Source of the DNA: Dehalococcoidia bacterium
GTDB taxonomy: Bacteria; Chloroflexota; Dehalococcoidia; UBA6926
Direction: 5' to 3'
DNA length: 64,000 nt
Assembly: GCA_963666115.2 (NCBI GenBank)
Contig: CAXXET010000008.1
Coordinates: forward strand, 64,001-128,000
A program made the position numbers and the translations under genes. Below are positions 29,841-40,810 of the stretch, piece by piece. How positions within the stretch are numbered: position 1 is the first letter of the stretch; each line of letters starts with the position of its first letter. The notes beneath the pieces were generated by a model. The model had not been told where the DNA came from. It was given only the letters and a program-made list of their open reading frames with translations, and ran no database searches.

Positions 29841-30872
29841 GTGAGCAGTCAGACGCGCAAGGCTGCCGTCATCGGCACCACCAGTTGGGGCACCACCCTT
29901 GCCCTCCTCCTCGCGCGCGCCGGCGCCGACACCCTCCTCTGGGCGCGCACCGAAGAGACCGCCCAGCGCATGAACGATGCCGGCCAGAATCCTGATCGCC
30001 TCCCCGGCTTCCCCTTCCCCGATAACCTGCGCGTCACCCCGTCTATGCCCCGGGCCGTTTCGGACGCAGACGTGATCATCGTCTGCGTGCCGTCCCCCGC
30101 CTTCCGCCAGAACCTGCACTGGCTCAGGGAGGGAAACCCCTCGCCCGATGCCGCTATCGTCACCGCCACCAAAGGCCTCGACCGCGCCGACGGCTCGCGC
30201 ATGAGCGAAATCTTTGCCCAGGAGATGGGGCAGGACGCCCTGCGCCAATACTGCGTCATCTCCGGCCCCAACCTCTCCCATGAAATCGCCGACGGCCTCC
30301 CCTCCTCCGCCGTCGTCGCGTCCGCCGCGGAGGACATGGCCGCCCGCGCGCAGGACGCGCTCACCTCGCCCGTCTTCCGCGTCTACACCAGCCCCGATGT
30401 CGCCGGCGTGGAGCTTGGCGGCTCCCTCAAGAACATCGTGGCCATCGGTGCGGGCATGATCGACGGCATGGGGTTTGGCGACAATGCCAAGGCCGCGTTC
30501 ATCTCACGCGCCATCGCGGAGATCACGCGGCTCGGCCTCGCGGCGGGCGCGCAGCCCCTGACCTTCAGCGGCCTCGCCGGCGTCGGAGACCTCGTCGCTA
30601 CCTGCTACAGCCGCCTCTCGCGTAACAGGCGCGTGGGCGAGGAACTGGGGCGCGGACGCAGCATCGCCCAGATCATGGGCGACCTGAATGAAGTCTGTGA
30701 GGGCTACAACACCACGCCCGCCGCGATCCGCCTGGCCGAACGCCTCAACGTGGAGACCCCCATCACGCTCGAAACCCACCGTGTCCTGCACGAGGGGCTG
30801 AATCCGCGCGAGGCGATCCAGTCCCTCATGGGACGCCCCGCCACCACCGAATACCCCGGCGAATCGCCGTAG
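29841..30872 (+). CDS. gpsA: NAD(P)H-dependent glycerol-3-phosphate dehydrogenase
   Basis: GTTSWGTTLA, SGPNL, GGSLKNIVAI, GDLVATCYSRLSRN. Confidence 0.96.
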   Translation: MSSQTRKAAVIGTTSWGTTLALLLARAGADTLLWARTEETAQRMNDAGQNPDRLPGFPFPDNLRVTPSMPRAVSDADVIIVCVPSPAFRQNLHWLREGNPSPDAAIVTATKGLDRADGSRMSEIFAQEMGQDALRQYCVISGPNLSHEIADGLPSSAVVASAAEDMAARAQDALTSPVFRVYTSPDVAGVELGGSLKNIVAIGAGMIDGMGFGDNAKAAFISRAIAEITRLGLAAGAQPLTFSGLAGVGDLVATCYSRLSRNRRVGEELGRGRSIAQIMGDLNEVCEGYNTTPAAIRLAERLNVETPITLETHRVLHEGLNPREAIQSLMGRPATTEYPGESP

Positions 30873-30943
30873 CGCGCCGGCGCAAACGCCGCTAGCCCGC
30901 ATCCTGTACTATTAGAGGCAGTCACATACTGAAAGAACCCACC

Positions 30944-32077
30944 TTGATACAGGCAGCCCCAATCGATCTGGACGACTTGACTGCGGACGGCAGAGGCGAT
31001 CCCTCCGGGATGGGCGGACACATAGCGGCGTTTCCCCACCGTGTTATGCAGGGGTGGAGCGGCGCCGCGAGTCTTGCCCTGCCGGATGAGTTCCGCGCTG
31101 TCCGCCGCGTTGTCGTGCAGGGCATGGGCGGCTCCGCCATAGCGGGTGACATCGCCGCCGAGGCCGTGGACGCCCTGCGCGAGCCTGGGGCAGCCGGGCC
31201 GCAAATCGATGTCTTTCGTGACTACGGCGCGCACCCAGCCGCCGGCCCTGACAGCCTGGTCATCATCATGAGCCACTCCGGCCGCACCGAGGAGGCGCTG
31301 TCCGGGGTGGAGGCCTCGCGTGAACGCGGCGCGCATCTCATCGTCATGGCGGGTGGCGGGCCGCTCGAAGAGGCCGCTCGCGCCAACGGAATCCCCGTTG
31401 CCATGATGCCGGAGAACGGCGGCCCGCCGCGCACCTACCTCCCGTATGCCCTCGGCGCGATGCTGCGCGTCTTCGTCGATCTCGGCATCGCCCCGCAGAG
31501 CACGGAGATGCAGTTGGCCGGCGCCGTTGCCGAACTCGAATCACGGCAAGCAGACTTTGATCCAACCTGCAATCGAACAGGGGCGGGGCGGATCAATCCC
31601 GCCAAGGAACTGGCGCGCGCCCTCTCCGGACGCATCCCCGTCATCGTCAGCGCGCGCGGCCTTGTCTCCGCCGCCCGCCGCTGGAAGACCCAGCTCAACG
31701 AGAACGCAAAGACCCCTGCATGGATGGAAGAACTCCCTGAGATGCACCACAACGCCATCGTGGGCTTTGAGCAACCCGATCTCAGTGACAATCTCGCCGT
31801 CGTCCTGCTCGGCCCGCCGTCCATTGGACCGCGTGGCCTCCATGACCGCTACGCGCTCTCCCGCCGCGTCCTGGACGACCTTGGCATCCCCGTTCACTGG
31901 CCCGCGCTCGCGGGAACCGCGCCGCTGTCGCGCCTGCTGGAGGCCGTGCTGCTGGGTGATTACGTCAGCTACTACCTGGCGCTCGTGAACGGCATCGACC
32001 CCACGCCCACCATGACGCTGGACAGCATCAAGGCGCAGATCCGCCGCTCAACCCAACACGATAGCCCCGGAAAGTAA
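30944..32077 (+). CDS. Bifunctional phosphoglucose/phosphomannose isomerase (SIS)
   Basis: GMGGSAIAGD, SHSGRTEE, RWKTQLNENAK, PEMHHN. Confidence 0.92.
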   Translation: MIQAAPIDLDDLTADGRGDPSGMGGHIAAFPHRVMQGWSGAASLALPDEFRAVRRVVVQGMGGSAIAGDIAAEAVDALREPGAAGPQIDVFRDYGAHPAAGPDSLVIIMSHSGRTEEALSGVEASRERGAHLIVMAGGGPLEEAARANGIPVAMMPENGGPPRTYLPYALGAMLRVFVDLGIAPQSTEMQLAGAVAELESRQADFDPTCNRTGAGRINPAKELARALSGRIPVIVSARGLVSAARRWKTQLNENAKTPAWMEELPEMHHNAIVGFEQPDLSDNLAVVLLGPPSIGPRGLHDRYALSRRVLDDLGIPVHWPALAGTAPLSRLLEAVLLGDYVSYYLALVNGIDPTPTMTLDSIKAQIRRSTQHDSPGK

Positions 32078-32088
32078 ACGTCTCGCTC

Positions 32089-32661
32089 ATGGCAACACGC
32101 ATCGGCATCATCTCCGACACCCACATCCCAAGTTCGATACCGGAGTTGTGGCCGGAGGTTGAAATCGTTTTCAAGGACGTTGACCTTATCCTCCACGGCG
32201 GCGACCTCATCACCACGGGCGTCGTGGACTGGCTGGAGCGCATCGCGCCCACCTACGCCGCAGAGGGCAACCACGATTACGGGCTGAGCGAGATCGATGA
32301 GCGAATCCGGCCCAAGTGGTTCTTTGATATCGAGGGCTACCGAATAGGCCTTGTTCACATCATCGACGGCTGGGGCACGCGCACCGCGACAGACCTCGTC
32401 AAGACCTATCTCGGCGAGCTGCCGGACATCGTCATCTGCGGCGACAGCCATTTCGAGTTCATCCGCAAGGAAGACGGAATGCTGATCATCAACGGCGGCA
32501 GCGCCACCTATCCCCACAACCAGGAGTCGCGGCTCGGCCACGTCGTCATGCTGGACATCGAACAGGGCAAGGAGCCCGAGGCCCGCATCATCGACCTAAA
32601 GGAGTACTCCATCGACGGCACGGACGGCCGCGCCCGCTACGCCCGCGGCCGCAACCGCTAG
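32089..32661 (+). CDS. Metallophosphoesterase (YfcE family)
   Basis: ISDTH, HGGD, GNHD, GDSH. Confidence 0.88.
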   Translation: MATRIGIISDTHIPSSIPELWPEVEIVFKDVDLILHGGDLITTGVVDWLERIAPTYAAEGNHDYGLSEIDERIRPKWFFDIEGYRIGLVHIIDGWGTRTATDLVKTYLGELPDIVICGDSHFEFIRKEDGMLIINGGSATYPHNQESRLGHVVMLDIEQGKEPEARIIDLKEYSIDGTDGRARYARGRNR

Positions 32662-32663
32662 AA

Positions 32664-32969
32664 CTAGTAGCGTCCGCCGCCGCCCCCGCCTCGGGGACCG
32701 CCTCCGCCACCACCGCCTCCGCCTTCGCGACGGTCGCGCGCCTCGTTCACCGTCAACTGCCGACCCTGGTGCTCGTTGCCGTTGAGCGCCGTGATGGCGG
32801 CCTCCGCCTCCGAGCTGTTCGGCATTTCAACGAAGCCGAAGCCGCGCGAGCGCATCGAATAACGGTCGATGATCACCTGCGCCGACGAAACCTCGCCGTG
32901 CTGCTGAAAAAGATCCTGCAAATCCGCGTCTGTCGCCTGAAAACTCAGGTTTCCGACATATATCCTCAT
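32664..32969 (-). CDS. RRM RNA-binding protein with Gly-rich tail
   Basis: IYVGNL (RNP2), RGFGFVEM (RNP1). Confidence 0.95.
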   Translation of the reverse strand: MRIYVGNLSFQATDADLQDLFQQHGEVSSAQVIIDRYSMRSRGFGFVEMPNSSEAEAAITALNGNEHQGRQLTVNEARDRREGGGGGGGGGPRGGGGGGRY

Positions 32970-33181
32970 GAGTCCGGTCTCCCCGTCTCTGTCTCTGCTA
33001 TCCAAACCCCAGCACTTTCAACTCCGCGCGGGGACGGCCGGCAATCTGCTGCCGGAACAACCTAAGTATACCCTGTGCGAGCGCGCCGCGCTTGCATTCC
33101 CCCCGTTTGACTGCTCAATTGAAAGTGGGTATCAACTAGGCGAGGGGCGGACGACCCGCAGAATCCCCCGCCCCGCCGCCG

Positions 33182-34003
33182 CTACGCCGATGCCGCCTCC
33201 CGCAGAAACGCCAGCAGCGCGTCGTTGTACGCGTCCGTGGTCTCGATGTTCGGGAAGTGCCCCGCCCCCGGGATGATCACCAGCTTGGACTGCGGAATCG
33301 CGCGGTGAATTCGCACCGATCCCCCCGGCGGCGTCAGCCGGTCCTGGTCGCCGCAGATCACGAGCACGGGGCATTTGATGCCCGGAAGATCCGGCGCCAC
33401 CGGATGCGCCCCCAGTTCAGGGCCGGAAATTCGCACGCCCTCGGCGTACACCTCCGGCGCGTTGCGCTCCGCCGTCGCGTTGGTGAACGCCCGGATGTCT
33501 TCGAGGTTGGACTCAATGTACGGGTCGCCCCAACTGCGCTGCGGATCAAACGGCAACGCGCCGATGCCCTGCTCCCGCACCGTCTTGAGCATCCCGTCCC
33601 AGCCGGACAGGTACTCCTGCTTGATCTCCGCCGACGTGTCCTGGATGACGAGCGACAGGGTCTGGTCCGGATAGTCGATGGCGAACTGCTGCGACACAAG
33701 CCCGCCCAGCGAGTGCCCGTGAATGTGCGCCGCGCCGATCCCCACCGCCTTCAACAGCTCCGAAAGATCCTTCGCGAGCGTCCAGCGAGAATATGCGCCG
33801 TCCGTCACCGGCACGCGCTCCGACTGACCAAACCCGCGCATGTCCCACAGCATCAAGTGGAACTCAGCGGAAAGCGCCTCGATCTGGTTCTCATAGCCCC
33901 GCCCGTGGCCTCCCAGCCCGTGCGTCATCACAAACGTCGGCTTGGACGAATCCCCAAACAACTCGTAGAAAAGCTCAACCCCATTCGCCTTGATATGCGG
34001 CAT
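33182..34003 (-). CDS. Alpha/beta hydrolase
   Basis: HGLGG, DMRGFG, GHSLGG, GAGHF. Confidence 0.92.
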   Translation of the reverse strand: MPHIKANGVELFYELFGDSSKPTFVMTHGLGGHGRGYENQIEALSAEFHLMLWDMRGFGQSERVPVTDGAYSRWTLAKDLSELLKAVGIGAAHIHGHSLGGLVSQQFAIDYPDQTLSLVIQDTSAEIKQEYLSGWDGMLKTVREQGIGALPFDPQRSWGDPYIESNLEDIRAFTNATAERNAPEVYAEGVRISGPELGAHPVAPDLPGIKCPVLVICGDQDRLTPPGGSVRIHRAIPQSKLVIIPGAGHFPNIETTDAYNDALLAFLREAASA

Positions 34004-34017
34004 CTCAGTCCTCCTCC

Positions 34018-35112
34018 CTATCCCAAATCCAGGCGCAGATTCAGCCGCTGCGCCACGTTCCGCAAACTCTCAACGGACTCCGCATACAACGGTATGCCAT
34101 TCCGTTTGCGATCCTCAATCGTCTCCGCCTCGATGTCCCCCGGCACGCGCACGGCGTCCACGTCCGGCAGCGGCGGCGTCTCCCGCAGCGCCGCCATATA
34201 GTCCGCCATCGACTGCTTGAATTCGTCGGCGTCCGTGAAAGCATCGATTCGCATCGCGCCAAAGAAATGCGCGGACTGATACCCGCCCGCGACCCCGGAG
34301 CCCGCAATTGCCAGCCCCGGCCCCATGCCGGACAGCACGCCGCAGAGGATGTCCACCACCATCGCCAGCCCGTACCCCTTGTGCGACGAATGCTCCAGGT
34401 CGCTGCCCAGTGGCAGGATGCGACGCCCGCCCGGCCCCCGCGCCGGATTGCGTATCGGCTGCAGGTCGTCCGTCAGCCCCCACCCCTCGGGAGCCAGCTT
34501 GCCCTGCCGGTGATACGTGTCGAACTTTCCGGCAGAGACCACGGACGTCGCCGCGTCGAAGATGAACGGCGTCCCGTCTGCGGTCGGCGCGGCAACGGCG
34601 ATCGGATTCGAGCCTAAACGCGGCTCCGCCCCGCCCGCCGGCAGCACAATCGGCCCCGTGTTCGTCATGCTGATGCCGATCATGTCGTGATCGAGCGCCT
34701 GTGTCGCGTACACGCCCGCCGCCCCGAAGTGACGGCTGTTTGCCACCGTCACCCATCCCGAGCCAACCGCCCGAGCCTTCTCGATGGCAAGATTCATCGC
34801 GCGGACGCCCACGCTCAGGCCCAGCCCGCCATCCGCGTCAATGGTGGCGGTCGATGGCGATTCGGCGCGCGCGAGCCACTCCGGTCGAGGATTCACCAGC
34901 CCCGACTCCAACGGGGTGAGGTAGAACCGATCCAGCCGCGCCATCCCATGCGAGCCAATGCCGCGCAAATCCGCCTCGATGAGCGTGTTGGCGGCGGTGG
35001 CCGCGTCCTCTTCGCCCACGCCGAGCGCAGCGAAAGCGCTCACGGCAAACTCCCGCAGCGCGGCCTCAGGGACGCGCGTCGTGTCTTTAGTCAGGGCGCG
35101 CCTCGCGCACAC
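34018..35112 (-). CDS. Ldh_2-family oxidoreductase
   Basis: ADLRGIGSHG, NSRHFG, GSNPIA, HKGYGL; start may be CTG near 35094. Confidence 0.92.
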   Translation of the reverse strand: MCARRALTKDTTRVPEAALREFAVSAFAALGVGEEDAATAANTLIEADLRGIGSHGMARLDRFYLTPLESGLVNPRPEWLARAESPSTATIDADGGLGLSVGVRAMNLAIEKARAVGSGWVTVANSRHFGAAGVYATQALDHDMIGISMTNTGPIVLPAGGAEPRLGSNPIAVAAPTADGTPFIFDAATSVVSAGKFDTYHRQGKLAPEGWGLTDDLQPIRNPARGPGGRRILPLGSDLEHSSHKGYGLAMVVDILCGVLSGMGPGLAIAGSGVAGGYQSAHFFGAMRIDAFTDADEFKQSMADYMAALRETPPLPDVDAVRVPGDIEAETIEDRKRNGIPLYAESVESLRNVAQRLNLRLDLG

Positions 35113-35983
35113 GGGTCGCCATCTCCTGGTCGATCTCCTTCGGCCACGAGCGCTTGTTGGGATCCATCACCTTGACGCTGTACCTGCCGATGCCCTCGAT
35201 CTCGAGGGTGCCGGTCTCCCCGTCCTGCAGCGGTCCAATCTCCTGGTGATTCGTGCCAAGCGCGATCACGTCGCCGGGCAGCAGCGTCATCACCTTGGTC
35301 GCCCACTCCAGCAGCTCGGGGATCGTGTGCTCCAGGTCGCTCGTGTTGTAGTCGTGGCGCGGCTGATCGTCCACCCAGTACTTGATATCAAGGTTGTGCG
35401 GGTCCGCAATCTCGTCCGCCGTCACAATGCACGGCCCCAGCGGCCCGCACGTGTCATACGACTTCTGGATCATCGTCGGCCCGCGCCCGATGCCCGCGCG
35501 CGGCGAGACGTCCATGAACGCCGAGTACCCGAAGATGCTGTCCATCGCGTTCTCTTGCGTCAGGTCCTTGCTCCGCTTGCCGATGACCAGCGCCAGCTCC
35601 GCCTCATGGTGGCAGATGGTGAACGGCGTGTTCGGCAGCACCACCGTGTCTCCCGGCCCGATGATGGACTCAGGCGACTTCAGGAACATGTCGATAGGGA
35701 ATGCGCCCCGGTCCTGCCCCTCCTTGTAGTTGCCGAAGCAGCAGATGAGCTTGCGCGGGCGTGGCAGCGGCGCGCGCAACTGCACCGTCGACACGGGAAC
35801 GCCGCCCCCGGATTCCGCGAAGTCCTCGAGGTCGTCGCGCACGGACGCGAAATCCTCGATCAGGTTGATCATCACGTCCTCGACGTGAGGCCCCATGTAA
35901 TCATCCGCCAGGCCGCCCAGGCCAATCACGTTGCCCTCAACCAGCAGGCCGGGACGGAAATCGTTGTACATCACCAGTTTCAT
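35087..35983 (-). CDS. Fumarylacetoacetate hydrolase family protein
   Basis: FLKSPESIIG, HHEAELALVIG, KSYDTCGPLGP, PGDVIALGT. Confidence 0.92.
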   Translation of the reverse strand: MKLVMYNDFRPGLLVEGNVIGLGGLADDYMGPHVEDVMINLIEDFASVRDDLEDFAESGGGVPVSTVQLRAPLPRPRKLICCFGNYKEGQDRGAFPIDMFLKSPESIIGPGDTVVLPNTPFTICHHEAELALVIGKRSKDLTQENAMDSIFGYSAFMDVSPRAGIGRGPTMIQKSYDTCGPLGPCIVTADEIADPHNLDIKYWVDDQPRHDYNTSDLEHTIPELLEWATKVMTLLPGDVIALGTNHQEIGPLQDGETGTLEIEGIGRYSVKVMDPNKRSWPKEIDQEMATRVREARPD

Positions 35984-36108
35984 GCCATATCCCCCATCAG
36001 CGTTGTCGCTTCACCACGAACGCGGTCATCCCGCCAAACGCGGTCATCTCGCCGTTCCCTCCGTTGCATCATACCGCGTCCGCCCCGCCCGCGCCCCCAA
36101 CCCCTCTT

Positions 36109-36136
36109 CGTCATTCCCGCGAAAGCGGGAATCCAG
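36109..36136. repeat. REP-like element, family A
   Basis: cgtcattcccgcgaaagcgggaatccag. Confidence 0.9.
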
Positions 36137-36281
36137 AACCCGGAATCCACTCCCTCCACAACATGCACAGATTTTCCCGCCAAATACCCTGTCTCTACTT
36201 GACCCCGCCCCGCCCAACACGACATACTCGCACAACGGTAGGGGGATAGGGGGCGCCGGCCCCGTTCAGGAGATATAGCAA

Positions 36282-37421
36282 ATGAAATTCTCGGTTCTCC
36301 AGGAGAATCTGCAGCGCGGACTCGCAACGGTCATGCCGGCGGTCGCAACCCGCACGACGATGCCCATTACAACGCACGTCATGCTCCAGACGGACGAATC
36401 CCGCCTGCGGCTCACCGCCACCAACCTGGAACTCTCTATCTCCTGCTGGATTAGCGCCAGCGTGGAGACGCAGGGCGCGGTCGCAATCCCCGCCCGCCTC
36501 TTCTCCGACTACGTTTCCTCGCTCCAGCGTGACCGTGTTGACCTTGAGCTTGATACGGCCACACGGCAATTGAACATCATCTCCGGTCGATTCAACACGC
36601 ACATGAGCGGCCTGGACGCGGACGACTTCCCGCCCATGCCCGTCGCCGATGACGGCGTCAGCGCGGACGTCCCGTCCGATGTCCTCCGCGCGGGCATCGA
36701 CCGCGTCGTCATTGCCGCCGCCACGGAGGACTCCCGCCCCGTGCTGACCGGCATCCACACGTCCATTGAGGGTGACGCCATCACGATGGCCGCGGCAGAC
36801 GGCTTCCGCCTCGCCGTCCAGACGACCAAGCTGCCCCAGGAGGTCAGCGAAGGGGTCGAACTCATCATCCCCGCCCGTTCCTTGCGTGAGCTCAACCGGA
36901 TGCTGACGGAGCAGGATGCGCCCGTCCGCGTCGCCGTGAACCAGGCCAAGACGCAGGTTCAGTTCCACCTCAACAACATCGTGCTCGGCTCCCAGCTCAT
37001 CCAGGGCAACTTCCCCAACTACCGGCAGCTCATCCCGGAGTCGTCGAACACCCAGACCTCGGTGGAAGTCGCGGACTTCCTTCGCGCCACCAAGACCGCC
37101 GCCGTCTTCGCCCGCGAGGGCAACGGCATCGTCCGACTGTATATGACCCCCGGCGAGAACGAGATGGCGGGGACGATGCGGCTTGAGGCCCGCTCAGACC
37201 AGATCGGCGATCACCAGGGCGTGATCGATGCCAACATCGGCGGCGAGGAAGCCCACATCGCCTTCAACCACCGCTACCTGGAGGATGTGCTGGGCGTCCT
37301 GAACGCCACGGCGACCCTCGAAGTCTCCGGCCCCTCCAGCCCCGGCACCATCCGCCCCGCCCCCACCGACGACGGCACAGAATACGTCCACGTAGTAATG
37401 CCAATGTTCGTCCAATGGTAG
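36282..37421 (+). CDS. dnaN: DNA polymerase III beta clamp
   Basis: LTATNLE, RPVLTG, ADGFRLA, GNFPNYRQLIP, HVVMPM. Confidence 0.97.
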   Translation: MKFSVLQENLQRGLATVMPAVATRTTMPITTHVMLQTDESRLRLTATNLELSISCWISASVETQGAVAIPARLFSDYVSSLQRDRVDLELDTATRQLNIISGRFNTHMSGLDADDFPPMPVADDGVSADVPSDVLRAGIDRVVIAAATEDSRPVLTGIHTSIEGDAITMAAADGFRLAVQTTKLPQEVSEGVELIIPARSLRELNRMLTEQDAPVRVAVNQAKTQVQFHLNNIVLGSQLIQGNFPNYRQLIPESSNTQTSVEVADFLRATKTAAVFAREGNGIVRLYMTPGENEMAGTMRLEARSDQIGDHQGVIDANIGGEEAHIAFNHRYLEDVLGVLNATATLEVSGPSSPGTIRPAPTDDGTEYVHVVMPMFVQW

Positions 37422-37608
37422 CGGGGACAGGTTAGAAGGACTGATCGAAGCCCGCTCTTCCATCCTCAAGCAGCGCCCCCGGAGGGAATGCCTTATGCCA
37501 CTCTGTGCAGCGTTTCATGAGATAGCCCAGAAACAGAACACATATGCTATACTTCAATTCAGTGGAAGTGAGCAGGTGTTCACCAGCATTGCCGGTTCGA
37601 GGCATGCC

Positions 37609-38238
37609 GTGCCTGAGGAGAAGCTGACTTTGGTCGAAGCAATGAAGGATCGAGTTCTGATCGATCTGACACCGGAAATCGACGAGTGCTATGCCCTTGG
37701 ACCGTACTCAGTCGAAGGTGCGCAGAATCTTGAGACGGCACCCTACGGGCGAATCGTCAATTATGCAAAGTACTGGCATATCAGAGAAGCAATGGAGGAA
37801 CTCGTACTGGAACTGGCGGGCTTCATCAGCAAGCATCCAAAACTACGGAGAGTTTTCCATGTGGCTGCTGCGCCGCGCCGGAATGAACATGACGTGCGCC
37901 CTGGCGAAGTGCTGGCCCGTGGTGTCGCCGACGCGCTCGGCATTAAGTTAGTCCAGCCTCGGAAGACTCGCGCCACGCGACCGCAAAAGGAACGAGGCGA
38001 TGAGGAATCAGAAGTCGAACTGATAAACAGAGTGAGGGGCAGCATGGTTGTTGAAACCGCATTGGGAGGGGAGGGCGTCGTGATAATCGATGATGTTCTC
38101 GGCTCCGGCGGCACGATCAGAGAGATAGGGCGTGCCCTTAGGGAGGCAGGAGCGAACTGGGTTGGCGCGACTTGCGTTGCAAAGCGTGCACGCGATCTGC
38201 GCGGTGGCGTAGACTTGAGGGCGGAGCTATGGCGATGA
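37609..38238 (+). CDS. Phosphoribosyltransferase (ComF-like)
   Basis: PRPP loop VVIIDDVLGSGGT; TRPQKE; start uncertain (ORF open from 37495). Confidence 0.85.
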   Translation: MPEEKLTLVEAMKDRVLIDLTPEIDECYALGPYSVEGAQNLETAPYGRIVNYAKYWHIREAMEELVLELAGFISKHPKLRRVFHVAAAPRRNEHDVRPGEVLARGVADALGIKLVQPRKTRATRPQKERGDEESEVELINRVRGSMVVETALGGEGVVIIDDVLGSGGTIREIGRALREAGANWVGATCVAKRARDLRGGVDLRAELWR

Positions 38239-38939
38239 ATGACATAATTACGCTAACGTCCGCTGTGGCAGAGTATCCCCAGCGAATATGTGTGGCCATG
38301 CCTGACCCACCAACTCTTGGGGCCAGCGGGTGCCTTGATCTCCTTGAAAGGGATGCTATCGGCATCTGCGGCTCACGTAATGCCTCCGACGAGGCACTCA
38401 GGTATGCCTATCGCTTCGGCAAAACGTGTGCGGAAAATGGCTTCGTCGTTGTAAGTGGCCATGCCCGCGGCGTGGACAGAGAGGCCCAAAGGGGTGCTTT
38501 GGAATCGGGCGGCAAGACAATCGCCGTGCTACCTGAGGGCATCAATGGGCTCCACATCGTTCGCGATCTGCAGCAACTAGTTGACCCGGAAAGCAACTTC
38601 TTGGCCGTATCGATGTATGAAGCGAATGCATCGTGGGCTACTTGGCGGGCTATGGAGAGAAATAAGCTAATCGTTGGCCTCTCTCTCGGGTTGCTAGTTG
38701 TCGAGGCTCGTGAAACAGGCGGCACAATAAATGCCGCATATGAGTGTGCCCGTCAAGGCAAGCCCCTGGCTGCGGTCAAGTTTGTTCACGAGGACGCTAG
38801 CCGGGCAGGCAATAGGGAGCTTCTGCTGCAAGATAAGGCAGTACCCTTGGAGTCTCGCGAGGACCTCTTGGGAGTCCTCAACATGGCGGCCCAGGGCAAT
38901 AGGCCACTCGGTAGCCAGATCCCCTTTACTGTGGTATAG
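38229..38939 (+). CDS. DprA/Smf-like protein (Rossmann domain only)
   Basis: ICGSRNAS, VSGHARGVD, MERNKLIVGLS, VVEARETGGT. Confidence 0.9.
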   Translation: MAMNDIITLTSAVAEYPQRICVAMPDPPTLGASGCLDLLERDAIGICGSRNASDEALRYAYRFGKTCAENGFVVVSGHARGVDREAQRGALESGGKTIAVLPEGINGLHIVRDLQQLVDPESNFLAVSMYEANASWATWRAMERNKLIVGLSLGLLVVEARETGGTINAAYECARQGKPLAAVKFVHEDASRAGNRELLLQDKAVPLESREDLLGVLNMAAQGNRPLGSQIPFTVV

Positions 38940-39055
38940 CCGCCACCAATAGGCTTTACGTACCAGCGCGTCCCTTTCACCTCGCCAGCGAAGCGTTGCG
39001 GCGATGCTAGGTCGCTGAGTGCCGAAAGAGGCCGCCAAGCAGGGCAACTAGTTGC

Positions 39056-39577
39056 CTACAGCGCAAACGGCATCCCCTGCAACCCCTTGAGATACCTGAT
39101 CTCCCCCAGGTGGTAGTACGTGTGCCCGATGATGAACGTCTGAAGCAGCCGCGCCAGTGTTCGGTCAGGCCGCTCCTCGTCCATCACGCGATCCAGGTCC
39201 TCGTCCGTCATTCCCTCGAACGCCGCCGGAATCGCAGGCCCCACCTCCGTCGCGTACGCCCGCAGCAGATCGAGGCCGGGCCGAAAGCCGCCAACCTGGT
39301 CCGCCGTGAACCCGGTGCCCGTCCCCTCCTCCGGCGGCATCGTGAACCGCTCATGGTAGCCCTGCGACGCCCAGATCGTCGGCTTCGGCTCCACCGGCAT
39401 GGTGGCGTGAACCGCGTCATCGAGCGTGCGCGTGATGTGCCACGCGATGAACGCGATCGTCGTCGCGCCGGGAATCGGCGCATAGTAGATATTCTCCTCC
39501 GTCAGCGGTTCCAGTTCGCGCAGCAGGCTCGCCTGGATCTCGCGCATCTCTCGAGTCAACACCTGGACGCCGTTCAT
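39056..39577 (-). CDS. DinB-family protein
   Basis: TIAFIAWH...HTYYHLGEI. Confidence 0.85.
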   Translation of the reverse strand: MNGVQVLTREMREIQASLLRELEPLTEENIYYAPIPGATTIAFIAWHITRTLDDAVHATMPVEPKPTIWASQGYHERFTMPPEEGTGTGFTADQVGGFRPGLDLLRAYATEVGPAIPAAFEGMTDEDLDRVMDEERPDRTLARLLQTFIIGHTYYHLGEIRYLKGLQGMPFAL

Positions 39578-39594
39578 TGCCCCACCTCCGGCTG

Positions 39595-40743
39595 CTAGCG
39601 AAACGTGTTCTTGATCCAGTCCATGAAACCCTTGCCCTCGCGCTCCCCGTCCTCCCCGTTCTCAGGCGCGGCCGGCAGCGTGGCGGCCAACTGCTCCAAC
39701 AGTTGTCGCTGTTCATCCGTAAGCTGGTCGGGCACGTGGACGGATGCAACGACGAAAAGGTCGCCGCGAGCGCGCTGATTCTTCGGGTCGGCCACGCCAC
39801 GCCCCCTGATCCTGAACGACTGCCCGGACTGCACGCCGGCCGGAATCTGGAACGCCTCATCGCCCTCCAGCGTCGGGATGCTGATCTCCGCCCCCAGCGC
39901 TGCCTGCGCGATGTTGATGGGCGCGCGATGGAACAGGTGCCGTCCCTCCCGCTCAAACACCGTGCTCGGCGTCACGTCCAGCTCGATATACAGGTCGCCG
40001 GGCGGTCCGCCGTTCGCGCCGGCCTCCCCCTCCCCGCCAAGACGAATCCGGTTGCCCGTATCCACCCCGGGCGGCACCGTCACGCGCACGGAGAGGTCGC
40101 GCCTGACCCGTCCGGCCCCATGGCACTCGGAGCACGGGTTCGTGATGACCACGCCCTCGCCGCGGCACCGGCCGCACGCGCTAATGTTCACGTACTGGCC
40201 GAAAATGCTCTGTTGGCTGCGCCGAATCTCCCCGGACCCGTTGCAAACAGAACACGCCTCCGGTTGTGTCCCGGGCTCTGCCCCCGTCCCCGTGCAGCTC
40301 TGGCACAACTCGTTGCGGGAAACCGAAATGTCCTTCTCGACGCCCAGGACCGCGTCCTCAAAAGGCAGCCGCATCCGCATGGCGAGGTCGTCCCCCCGCT
40401 GCGGCCCGCCGCGCCGCCCTTGGCGACCCCGCGCCCCGCCGAAGAAAGCGTCGAAAATATCGCCGAAGCCGCCGAAACCGGAGAATGCGTCGCCGTTGGC
40501 GAAGCCGTCCGCGCCATTCAGCCCCGCGTGCCCGAAGCGGTCATAGGCGGCGCGCTTGCGCTCATCGCGCAGCACCTCGTACGCCTCATTGATCTCCTTG
40601 AACTTCTGCTCGGCGTCGGAGGAGCGATTCCGGTCCGGGTGGTGCTCGAACGCAAGCCGCCGGAACGCCCGCTTCACGTCCTCCGCAGACGCGTCACGCC
40701 CCAGCCCAAGTACGTCGTAGTAGTCCTTCTTATTCGTCGTCAT
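39595..40743 (-). CDS. dnaJ: Chaperone DnaJ
   Basis: J-domain HPD, four CxxCxGxG repeats. Confidence 0.97.
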   Translation of the reverse strand: MTTNKKDYYDVLGLGRDASAEDVKRAFRRLAFEHHPDRNRSSDAEQKFKEINEAYEVLRDERKRAAYDRFGHAGLNGADGFANGDAFSGFGGFGDIFDAFFGGARGRQGRRGGPQRGDDLAMRMRLPFEDAVLGVEKDISVSRNELCQSCTGTGAEPGTQPEACSVCNGSGEIRRSQQSIFGQYVNISACGRCRGEGVVITNPCSECHGAGRVRRDLSVRVTVPPGVDTGNRIRLGGEGEAGANGGPPGDLYIELDVTPSTVFEREGRHLFHRAPINIAQAALGAEISIPTLEGDEAFQIPAGVQSGQSFRIRGRGVADPKNQRARGDLFVVASVHVPDQLTDEQRQLLEQLAATLPAAPENGEDGEREGKGFMDWIKNTFR

Positions 40744-40810
40744 GGCAACAGTTCAAGTGTATACCACGACGCATTATGCCGCGCCGCCGCAGTTGCGCCG
40801 TCGTCGTGGC

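Noticed and set aside
36018-36054. Two-copy direct repeat aacgcggtcatc(c/t)cgcc upstream of the FAH gene
   Set aside because: Only two copies in a GC-rich intergenic region; cannot distinguish an operator from slippage
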